Positions 11,601-22,673 of a stretch of DNA of 38,811 nt are shown here, piece after piece (the stretch's first letter is position 1; each line of letters starts with the position of its first letter). The stretch is from Lenisia limosa (Eukaryota; Protista; Breviatea), in NCBI GenBank assembly GCA_001655205.1, contig LPNZ01005727.1, positions 1 through 38,811 on the forward strand, written 5' to 3'. Position numbers and translations under genes: made by a program. The notes under the pieces are model-generated. The model saw nothing but the letters and a program-made list of their open reading frames with translations, did not search any database and was not told where the DNA came from.

Positions 11601-14600
11601 ATGCATGGTGAGGTGTTGGCGGATTATTACAAGAGCAATTGTGACATTTTTGTAAAGGTGAACTTACCTGAACCACAGCAGCCAAAACTGAGTCGCCTTC
11701 CAAGCCACACTCGTTTATCAACGTGTCGATAGTCGTAATCAATGTGGACGTCGTGTAGCATTCCGACGTTGAACCCCGGACAAAGTACTTTGGACCCGAG
11801 CATTGTGTAGGGTTGGACTATGGGTGAGATGCAGGGTGTTACTTTGGTTCGGTAAAACATCGATATTTGAGGAGTTATTGAGAAATTCAGGCATTTTTTG
11901 CACACCACGTGAATTATTAGATACCGAGCTACTTACTTCGGAGCCAATTGAAAACACGGTGTTCAGCACGGTTTCTGCAGTCACCATGAGCTGAACAATA
12001 AGATAAAGTATGTTTTAGACGTTATTGGAGTTGGTAACAATAAAATGAGTCCAATAGAGAAGTTCAATTGTAATTATACATTTACCTGTACAACCCCGTT
12101 GGCCACACGGCTTGATGATAAGAGTGTTAGAGGGTCAAGATTCAGCCTACAGCTTGGTGCTGGAGGCACCTCCAAAATATCATCTGAAAACTGAGTGCTA
12201 ATAATGAATACATAAGTAACCAGCTATCACAAACAACATTCAGCAAAACGGTATGGGTTAGCCCATCTCACAACATCTCCCGTCAATGCAGCCCGAGGTT
12301 GCGGCACATTGCACCCCGCAGGACCCACAGTTGTCAAAGTCTGTTGACAGATTTACACAGGCAGTCCCACACGGAGACTCATTAGAACCGCATTCTGTCT
12401 CTTCAAGGTCTAAATAGTGACCAATGGACAGTGAGGTTATCATCAAATAGCATAAATTACGTCATATTTAAATGGAGTATCAACTATCATCTTGCTCATA
12501 TCATTACCTGAACAGACGCCGTCAACGCATTCAGAAGGGTACTGACAGGAGTTGTGACATTCCCCGCAATGAAGGTTGCTGGAATTGAGCTGGGCCGCCT
12601 CAAGACAGCTATTTGTTCCGCAATCAATCAGCCCAATTGGACAGCCTATTGGATGAAATGGACAGAATCGTATTTGTAATAATTATTCAATTATTTATTT
12701 GTTTATTCTGTTTCATTTGTTACTTACCTCCAGAGCAGAAATCGTTATAATCTAAGCAGCAGTCCTTCATGGACTAAAAAAATGAGTCAGGCGTTGCTAA
12801 GACCTCCCAACCTTGCACTGGTTGTCACAAGAACATGACGTTACATCATTGGAGACAAAATTCCCGCAGTTTCCTTGGCAGCTCGCTATAATGTCATTTC
12901 TCTTTTTCTAGCACGCAAGAGTTTGATTTTATACTTAACACAATCACCTTTACACTCTCCATCAATACATGCAGAAGTTGCAGGGCACTTGTTTCCACAA
13001 GAACCACAGTGATCTCTACTCTCTGAAAAGATTTCGCTTTCGAAACAGGAGTTTTGACATAATGTGATACCTTCATGACATTCTGGACATATCAACTGAT
13101 AAAGTCTCTCGTTTTGTTCACTTTGATCCAAAGAACAAAATGTAGAAAAGAATGGTAATAATGTTGCCATGGCAGAAGTAAGACCAATATAATAGTGAGA
13201 TATAACCTAGGCAATATCAGTCCAAAACCATATCTTACACATTTTGGTCAAAGTGAGTATTAAATGAAGATGCTTACTTGTGCATTTCATCGCTGAATCT
13301 TTGCATTCTTTACAACTGCCATGACATTCTACATTGGTAAATTCAGTCATTTCAAAAAGGGTACTAAAGATCAGGAACCAATTGGCTACCTCTGCATTGC
13401 GAAGGCATAGGGGGGCTGATGTGAAGGAACTCTCCTTCGGGACAGGGAAGATTGTTGGAAATACACTTATCCAGCGAAATGGACAAATGATAGTCTTCAT
13501 GGCACCGAATACAGATGTCACTAGTGCTGCATTTTTCGCAGTTTACAAGACATTCTGAAGATGATAACAATAAAGTATGCAGGCATTACCTTGGCATGAT
13601 CGCTCCACTGTATTCAGCCATTGGCCCGGGGGGCATTCTTCATCATCATGGTGGCATGAAGTGTGGTTCAGATTGAGATGCTCCTCCTGGTGACAGGCCG
13701 TACAGTTTGTGGAAGATGAGCACGAACTGCAAGATGGAGGACATTCTGAATGATTATGTTACAGAGTTTTTCCATACCAAGACAACTAGCAGGACTTTCA
13801 GCATTGAAATATGTGCCCATTGGACATAGAATGTCGTTGGATACGCAGCTGGTAGCCAATACAAGATGATGGTCGTTGTCGCATTCCAAACATGTCATGG
13901 AGTCTAGATGTTAATATAATAATCAGCCCACTTGTGCAGTTGTGACAGTTTGTAAGACATTCCACACATTTTGATGCTGACGAATCTGTAAAGTGACACA
14001 AGCCTTCATTTATACAGACAAAAGACTAATTGTGTTAAAACCTGAGATTTTTAACCCTTTCCATTGTTGATGACCATAATGCAAGACTAGCGTGATTATG
14101 ATCATACCCACACAAATGACAATAAAAATATCAAAACTGCAAAGTGTTGCAAACTATAAAGTGTTGCAACAAACCTATAGCAAGGAAGTAACTTTGTGGG
14201 CATCCTTCGGAGTCACTGACACAGGAAGTGTTGTTAACTGACTGGTGGAAGCCTTTATTGCAAATGCTACAGGTGGTGCTATTGAGGCAGGTTGAGCACT
14301 GATCCAAACATTCTGTATTGTCAGAAACTGATCATATCTTTATCTCTCAGGATTACTAAAAATTCTTCCAAACCTTGGCACTGCATTAATCCATTGTCCA
14401 TGCTCAAAAACTGGCCATCAGGGCAGTCATTCACATTTGACGAGCCTAAGAAGTCATGTGAAACTTGTCTTACAGTTAAGTCCATGAACGTCAAGATGGA
14501 AACCGGGACGGCACTTCTGACACTCATCCACATGGTCGCAGTCAAGGCACATTGATCGGCAGTCTAAGTTGGTATTAGTAATACAAACAATTGCCAACAG

Positions 14601-17600
14601 GGCTTCAGTCCTACTTCTACACATTGGCACTGGGCTTGGGCTCAGGAACTCGCCTTCCTGGCATGATTCCCCGTTGGGTTGACATGTCCTTTGGTCCCTA
14701 AACTGTTTAACAATAGTAATTCACTTCGGTCCAAAAAATCCCAATAAATATCGATGATGTGTGCTATTTAAATGTTGTGCTGCATACTTAGAAAGGAAGA
14801 AGTCCTTGGAGCAGAAATCACATGTTGTCGCCAAGGAACAAGTGTCACAATTGTCAATACATTCTAAAAGTCTTAGAGTTGTTCTTAGTTGTAAAAGATA
14901 AAATATTTAATTCCTTTGTATGGCTTACTGGTGCAGAGGCCTATTTGGTCGAAGAAGCCAGGTTTGCATTGTTCAGTGCAATTGCCATCACTAATAACTT
15001 TGTTCCGGTCATTACATACAAGACAGCCGGATTCCAGACACTGCATACACTCCTTATCTTCACACGCTAATCGAATAAGTTAACAAATTGTAATTACGTA
15101 AACAAGTGCCGTTCTTCTTGAAGGTTGATTCGGGGCAAGTGGAAACACAAGAGGTTCTGTCAACGGACATCACTAGTTCATCAGCACACGTTTCGCACTC
15201 GGTTAAGTTCTTGCATGTCAAGCATGACGTCAGACATTCTAAACTTGTTAGTCAGACTTAATCTCACCTTTACATTGACCATTATCACTAAACATTCCGT
15301 CAGGACATGTCTCAAGACAGGCATCTTGGTCAAGGCTGAGGTGTTTGTCAATTTGACAAGCTTGGCACTTTTGATTGGATTCACATGCTTTACATCCAGG
15401 GAGACATCCTGAATTTGTCAGACGTAGTAAATAATATGTGATATTGTTTACTATAGATTGTTTTATGGAGACTAAAAACCATAATGAACACAAAGTTTAT
15501 TTCAGTCAAAATAGTATTCTCATGTATTTTTACAAAGTCTTGCTGTTTACTCATTATAACCTCAGTATCCCACTTTCACATCTTTCAGTGCTCTCAAACT
15601 GTCCATCTGGGCATTTAACAACGCACATTGTGCTGTTCAACGAGAGGACTAAGTCTATGGTGTCAGCTTCTCACAGGACATACCACTCTTGCAGACACTG
15701 CATTGCGTCTCATCACATAGTAAACAGCTTGAGGTACATGCTTAAATGTAAAAACAATATGTCAACTCACCTTGGCAATTATCTCCTGTAGGGTAGAATC
15801 CTGCTGAACATCCTTCATTACAGGATGATTTGTCTTGAGAAAGAAAGCGCCCTACAACGCATTTCTCACAAACGGCCGCATCGATGCACGTTTCGCAGAA
15901 TGCCGGACAGTCTAGATGGTAATACTAACATTGCGTGGTTACTTTGACAGCTGGTACCATTAGAGAACTGACCACTAGGACATTCAGTAAGACATTCCGT
16001 CCCGCTATAATAGTGACACTGTCAATGCTATAACCAACGTGATAGACAAAACAGTATTGCTGCTGCACTTCAGACAAGTCGAACTTGAAACACATGTGTC
16101 ACATGATGGTACACAAGCTGTGGGTTAATGGTGAACTTGTTCAAGGAAAAATAATCAATTTGTCCTTGATTATTACACTTACCTTTACATGATTTCATTT
16201 CTTCGAAAAACCCAGAAGGGCATTGTGTGACACAAGTCAGGTTGCTTTGAAGCAAGAAGCCTTCCTGGCAAAAAATGCACTGAAAAGGGTTTTCACAATC
16301 TTCACACCCATTGATGCAGCCTGTTTGTCAAACGGCAAAAGTGCATACCTGAGCAAGTGCCATTGTTGTTAAACTCTCCTTTGGGACAGTTTGCCACACA
16401 CATAGAGACATCAGAGGACAACAGAAGGCCAGAGCGACACACAGTGCATTTGTCCTCAAAGTTGCATTCACGACATCCGATTGGACAGGCTATATCATGA
16501 CTTATGCTTACAATGGGTCGAAAAGACAGGTGGAACATTGTTATTTGATTCTTGAGATTATTAAGAAGTTGTTCTCTGATGGACCTTTAGGGTCCAGCAC
16601 TATCCCAAACAGACCTGCACAAGCACCTCTACTTTCAAAGAAACCATTTGGGCAGTCAGAGTGGCATTGTTTTGTTGTTGGGTTAAGAACGGACCCTGGG
16701 GTACACCCCAGGCATAAATCCGAGGAAGCGCAAGTGGCACAGTTCTGGGGGCAGTCTAAACGTGTTATAAGGCCAACACGTGCTTCACCTTGGCATATTA
16801 GTCCGTCAGAGAAGGTTGACGCCGGACAATTGTCAACACATTGGAAATCGCCTGTCAGTACATTGGGGAAACGACAGGACTGGCATTTCTTGGCAGTTTC
16901 ACATGATGAGCATCTGGAAGGGCATTCTAAAGCAAAATAAAAAGTCGAATCGTTGCCATACGTTTGCATTCAGAATTGTCGACATAGAACTCATCAGGAC
17001 ACTGGGTGATGCACTTCAAGGTTGTTGATAGGAAGAGTCCAGGGTTACAAACGTCACAGATGTTCAGGTTACTACATTTAGCACACCCAGAAACACAGCC
17101 TGAAAGTAAGGGCAACGGCAGTGAATCCAACTTCGACATTGGCCTGGGTTTGCGGGGTTGACCATTGAGCCCAAAGGACAGCTATCAACACACTGATTGA
17201 GAGTATCTGTGAGAAGAAGGCCGTCTGCACATTCATGACAAGTTGTCCCATCATCACATTTTGTACACCCGTCTAAACACTCTACAATGTTACTCTTTAT
17301 GAATTCCACATTGCTCATAACCTTCTCAAGCATACCTTTACATTTGCCAATATCTGGGTACGACCCAGTAGGGCAGGATTTCACACAATTTCCATTGCTT
17401 AACAATAATCCTTCTTGACATTTCTGACAAGATGTTGCATCTTCACATTTTTCACAACCTTCCATGCATACTAGAGGTAAAAATAACGTTTAAGCCTACA
17501 TTTACACTTCAAGATGCCCTTGAACTGTCTAATTGGGCACGATTCGAGACACTCCGTCTGGTCAATCGAAAGGATGAAATCGTCTCGACATACAGTACAC

Positions 17601-19557
17601 AGCTTCTCATCGGTGCACTTTTTACAGTTCTCCAAACAGTCTACAAATCAGGCAACACTTAGGCTTACCTTTACATATCCCATTCTCATTAAAAAACCTA
17701 TTTCCACAAGATGTTTCGCATTTACCCTCATTGGTAAGGACTTTGTTTTCGTTACATACGAGGCACTTGTCGATAGTGCAACTGGAGCAGCCAGTTGGGC
17801 ATTCTTGATCTGTGAGAAAGAGAAAACGTCTTACCAATGCACTGCCCTTCAATTGCTGACTGTCCTTCAGAGCACTTCCCAACGCATTCTGTCTTGGAAA
17901 CAGAGAGGTGTAGTGTATCATCACATTCAATGCATGTATTGGCATTATCACATTTAACACAGCCGTCCAAGCAGTCTACATGGTCATAGTTGCACAACCT
18001 ACCTTGACAGTTAATGGTGCCAATGCGGAATGCACCAGATCCGCAATTTATGATGCAGCTGAAGTCGTCATCTAGCAGAAAGCCATCCTGGCATTTAATG
18101 CATGTTGACTGCTCAGTGCACTGCTCACAGCGATCAATACAATCTAGAAGTTATTGGGAGTAGGATACAAACTAATGCATCTGGTTGGGTTTTCAGGGTC
18201 AAGCATTTGGCCAGCTGGGCAGCTATCAACGCATTTGGACCCATCAGAAGTCATAACCTTGCCAACTTTGCAATTCAAACAGGAACTTCCTGATGAACAT
18301 TCGGTACAACCGTCAGTACAAGCTACAAGATTACAGGATAGCCGTTTTACTCACTCTGACATTTGGAGGTTGTTTTTTCACCATAAGAACCAGTTGGACA
18401 ACTTCGTTTACACTGGCCATCGAATTGGATGAAGTAGCCACTGTCACAACGTGTACAGCTGCTTTCAGAACATGTAATACAGCTGCTCATACATTCTGTG
18501 TGTTAATATCTGCCAATGCTCCCTGGGTTAACCTACCCTCACAAGTTGTCTCCGCCTTCCTGTATCTTAAAGGGCAATTTACCACACATGATCTATAACC
18601 AATTGCCGTTTTGCGATGAAGGTAACTTCCTAGGAATGTAATTGGAGTTGTAAAGCTCACCATCTTGACAGACATCGCACCTCGATCCAAACCTGCACAC
18701 TTTGCATCTACTGAAGCACTCTGAACGTTGTTAATTCGACACTATCACTAACTTAAGCATGTCTGCTTTTTACTGAACTGGAAAGCAGGGCATTGTTCCT
18801 CACACTGTTTTTCAGTAGATAAGAAGAGAGGGGTTGCGCACTCGTTGCACTTTGTCCCCCGGCAACTTGCGCAACGGGCAGTTGGGCAATCTGAAAAGTG
18901 AATAGTATTTGATATTGTCCTACTGGGATTTTCTTGTTTTCCTCCTTCAAGACCAAGTTCTAATAAGTCAGCAAACAATGAGTAACAATTCATCATTACC
19001 CAGCTTACTTGAACACCGTTCGTTGACTATTTCATACCCTTCTGGGCATTCAGCAAGACATTGATCTGCGTGTTCGGAAAGAAAAAAGGTGGAATTACAT
19101 GTTACACACAGAGATTCATCTTGACAATCCAAGCAGTTCAAAGGACATGCTTAAAGAAATTATAGACAGCAGTTTTCTTACCAGTGCAATTTCCGTCTTG
19201 TGCCAGGATGAATCCTTCTTTACATTCAGCACATCCAAATATTTCGGGCAACTCATCGTTCAAAACATGGCAAATCTCACACCCGTCAATAGCTGGGTCA
19301 CATGGGGTTGTCCACTCGTCCAGTTGCCCCAAAGAAGAAGCTTAACCATGAGTATTATAAATATTGACAATGAAAGGTCTATCTAATTAAGATCTCGTTG
19401 AAGTTTCAATTGCTGAACATTCAATTTCACAATAATATTCATGAAATAACGCAATTATTATCAATTTCAATGGTTGATTTACCAGGTCAATATAAATGGC
19501 CAACATACCTGCAAGAAACCAGCAGATTCCAATGAGGACAAAGGCAAAATACTTCAT
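8602..19557 (-). CDS. Giant cysteine-rich type I membrane/surface protein: signal peptide, ~30 furin-like repeats, STIG1-like/SMB region, unknown domain, TM
   Basis: ATG at 19557, exon 1 MKYFAFVLIGICWFLA G|gtatgt. It is followed by a long series of GT-AG exons whose translations are continuous Cys-repeat units. Last exon 8602-8774 is ENVLGGGGTEGGSSNATDGTSPSSSTSWLWWLLIFVLLLAISAVMLYILRDHQKAE*. Most junctions reconcile in phase; a few (~11340-11470, ~13090-13270, ~13960-14180) are unresolved. Estimated 55-60 exons. Confidence 0.85.
12272..13082 (-). other. Three STIG1-like Cys repeats flanking the SMB domain
   Basis: Exons 12948-13082 (...SRDHCGSCGNKCPATSACIDGECK), 12508-12645 (...SNLHCGECHNSCQYPSECVDGVCS) and 12272-12409 (CVNLSTDFDNCGSCGVQCAATSGCIDGRC) match the 'D/N-x2-N/H-CG-x-CG-x2-C-x5-C-x2-G-x-C' pattern I associate with STIG1-type repeats. 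The family name is from pattern recall, not a search. Confidence 0.6.
12728..12885 (-). other. Somatomedin-B-like domain within the giant gene (two exons)
   Basis: Exons 12812-12885 and 12728-12773 splice to ASCQGNCGNFVSNDVTSCSCDNQCK|SMKDCCLDYNDFCSG, the 8-Cys SMB pattern (C-x3-C...CxC-x3-C-x5-CC-x-DY-x3-C). Confidence 0.8.
13278..19340 (-). other. Array of ~29-30 furin-like (FU / growth-factor-receptor Cys-rich) CxxC repeats within the giant gene
   Basis: Units such as ACPLNCLDCQDESLCVTCNSTFFLSEHADQCLAECPEGYEIVNERCS, ECPSRCSSCETAKKCQSCRFPNVLTGDFQCVDNCPASTFSDGLICQ and ECLVNCEKCSTSDICIRCHEDYHLSISLDKCISNNLPCPEGEFL show the C-x2/3-C-x2-C...C-x2-C...C-x3-C-P spacing typical of FU repeats. Confidence 0.9.
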
Positions 19558-20079
19558 TGCTTTCTTGTCATAAAGTTGTCTGTTTACACAAGGACACACG
19601 TTGAATTTTGAGAAGAGAAACCCTTGTTTATCAAAGGAAATTGACTACCTGGTCAATTTTGTTCAGATAGCAAACTGTTGTGTCGTTGATTTGTAGGGAA
19701 AGAAGATTGTATTTGAGAGCTGAAAGAGATAACTAAAAGAATGCTATATATAGAAGGTTAGAAAAGTCATCAATGGAATCGGCTAGAAAAGTAAAACTTA
19801 TTTCAAATAGTGTAAAAACTTACATAAGCTTCAAATTCGCTGTTGTTATAAAGAGAAAACGCATTAGCAGTCATAACATTTAACCTTTGCGCGAGGCGTT
19901 ATGCGTGTATTTTTGGGAAGTTGTCGAATAATTGAGACCTCTTATGCAACCTCATACCTGATAATCATACTTGGGACATTATTTAGAGCCTAAATTATTA
20001 TAAATCCTAATGGTTTTCATTGGAAGTTACTGTTGAAGAGACTTCTCAGTCCATTCTAGAGCTTGGTAAGAAGTTTAAT

Positions 20080-20950
20080 CAATATGGCCCCTTCTCCGGG
20101 AGATTTAGAGCCAGATAATTGTCTCAATGTTGCTTCAACCGACAGTGGACTTGATCTAGAGTCCTGTAAATTAGTCTGCAGAAAGTCAAGAACACATGGA
20201 GATCTATTTGTTTCTGTTGTCATTGCTGGAAGCGCGGTTTACATCATTGAAGGGATGGCAGTCTTGTCAAAGTTCATCTGTCCGAAAGCTCCAAGAGATG
20301 CCTTTTTTGCCCTCTTTCCTGAGTATCCTTCCCTGTCTTCAATGACCACATCCACATCGTGTACAACTACACCGTTTCTTGAGCACCTCGTTATTGTCAA
20401 CGATGATACGTTCATTGTCATGGGCCCTGACAAGAAGGTCGAAGTAACTGTAAGCTCCCTTGGATTTTATTGTTTTTGGTATTATTATTCTAAGCATTAT
20501 TGTTAATGATTTCTGTAATTAACGAGATAGGTGTCTTTGTTTTGTTTATACTTTCAGATTATTTGATTCCACGAGAGAAGAGGCATTGTTGATCTTTACA
20601 AGTTCCGAGTTTTACACCTCCAGGTGAACAGTCCCCACGGCCGACATATCACCAGTTATGCCCCTTGCTCAACCGGGTTTGTCTTCTCCACCGTCTTCCC
20701 TGAAATCAGCCCGCTCTCTGCCGTACCAGATCACATAACCGCCGGTTTGGGGGTAAACACTCGGATTTTTTGAACATGCAAAAGCGATCTCTGAAATCTT
20801 TCTTGAAATAACGGGCAAGGCATGTACCTGCTGAGCCATCCGTTGGACGTACCGGTTAACCTCAAAATAACCGTTCCTCTTTCGCCGTCATCTTCTGGAC
20901 CGTCTAGATCGTTGAACTTCGCAAAATCAAGTGGGTTTGGATTTTAATTG
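20080..20950 (-). pseudogene. Degraded or unresolved hypothetical gene
   Basis: Protein-like stretches (GELTVTSTFLSGPMTMNVSSLTITRCSRNGVVVHDVDVVIEDREGYSGK...; NPNPLDFAKFNDLDGPEDDGERGTVILRLTG...) are interrupted by in-frame stops. No family recognised. Confidence 0.3.
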
Positions 20951-21446
20951 ACAATTATCTTGAACTGCCATACATATGAGTATGGTATTAGCCTCATTAT
21001 ATGTACAGATATGGAATCATTTACTGTTTTCTTTTTTTGTATAAATTTTGACACTGATAATGAAGAATATACAGCTTAACACCTATCTCGTTAATTACCT
21101 TGCAGCTTTCCAGGTTGTGTCGTCTTACGCTCCCTTGCCCATAATTGCGGTGGAGGGAAGATGGCCGGTTGTGAACAAGCTTCCTGCTAATTCCAAATTC
21201 GTGGCAGGTTTGAGGCTACTCAATTAACTCTCACTTGAGAATTGGGGGATTTTAAAAAAATGTTTATTCTTGTTTTGTCTTAATGGAGAGTGAACAGAAT
21301 TCATGTGTAAAATATGTCCTCAATGATAGCTGTCGGCGGCTTCTGCGATATTCACCTTCTCTATATTGACTCATGCTGTGTGTGTTCATAGACAAGGAAT
21401 TTTATTGTAAAAACATGTTTTGATTTCCTTTAGACTTCGTTGAGAT

Positions 21447-22520
21447 ATGGCACCTGTCATCACCCCTGACCCCAAACGTTCGACCGGTTATGTCGGAAGC
21501 GGTGCCGTTTGTGACGGGCACAATGGCTTCTGGTATGTACACTAAATGACTTTTTATTTGGAAATAGCACTCTTAGTTGACTTTTTCTCAATCACTGAAA
21601 GAATATGGTCCTATTTTTTACCGAAGTGCAGTCGTTATGATTATATTGGGAGCGATTTTGTTCCTAATCTGCTAATCTTACTATTCAGGTGCGGTGTTTC
21701 TCCCCCTCCAAACTCCGACTAAAAATCAAGGGTAAGATGGCGAGTTCTATTCTGTCCCAAAAAGAAGGATTTTTTTTAAACTCTCGCTAAAGATGATATT
21801 TCCATTTTAAACCTTCCTGACATGACCAGTCCGGCCGCGCTGGCCAGTTCGGCGTTCCAGTTTGTAACTGCCCGGCGACTGTGGTCTTCCCGGCTTGGTT
21901 CGAGGTCCCTCGCTATCCCCGCCGCCGTTAAGCTCACTCCAAGCCAAAAGTACGGCGCTGTGCGTCACTGGCAGTTACTAATATATCATGCGATAAGTCC
22001 TGAGACGATTGACTAAAGATAAAGCTCACTATCCGTGTCAGGAGTTATTACAGTCACAGTAGTGAGATAACATTATTTGACCATAAAAAGTCCAAACAGT
22101 ATCTATCACTTGTTTACATAATTCTTGTTCCGATATACAGTCACATTTTTCATCTGCAGCCCCTCGGAAACGCCTCATTTCGGCAAGCCACTGGAACTGT
22201 CTTCTTTGGTGTTTATCAACACTAAGGTTGTTGGACCCTTACGGTAGGCAAATGGAGTGAAAAAAGACTACTATTTTGAATTAGACCTCTGTCCTATTTA
22301 TCAAACCTGTTCAGAAACCTATTTTAATTCCCCCTGATCATTTTAGCTCAACATCATGCAACGAATCAGCAGTTATTGGGCTGTTTCTGCCTTCCTCACG
22401 CCTTCTTCTGCGGTTCTCTGTTCAGCCACTCGGACTCTATCCTGTTGCCTCATTTTTGGCTATTGGAAAGCTGAAGTACTCTTTGAAAGAGAACTTTAAA
22501 GCGCTTCCTCCCCTGAAGTA
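21447..22520 (+). CDS. Spliced hypothetical gene (reading frame ambiguous)
   Basis: Clear intron 21533-21688 (gtatgt...gctaatc...ttcag), plus further donor/acceptor pairs at ~21732/21828, ~22160/22245 and ~22350/22520. It reads either as a 39-aa ORF (21447-21722) or as an internal part of a longer frame. Confidence 0.3.
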
Positions 22521-22559
22521 AGCCTTTAACTTGTCTCATATCGCAAATGAACCAGGAGA

Positions 22560-22673
22560 GTTTTTTTTGTTTCATACAGTTCCTTTCCCTTTGTCATATG
22601 TGTTGTCAGCCAACAGGGTATTTGGGTTGTTTTTTTTTTGTTTCATCAATTTTCCACACACCCCCCCCCCCCC
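22560..22673 (+). repeat. Intron-like dispersed repeat, copy 1 (3' end in gap)
   Basis: Core gtgttgtcagccaacagggtatttgggttgttttttttttgtttcatcaatttt...poly-C. Confidence 0.75.

Noticed and set aside
16497-17957. 147-aa plus-strand ORFs at 16497-16940 and 17514-17957
   Set aside because: Antisense to well-supported FU exons; no protein-like features.
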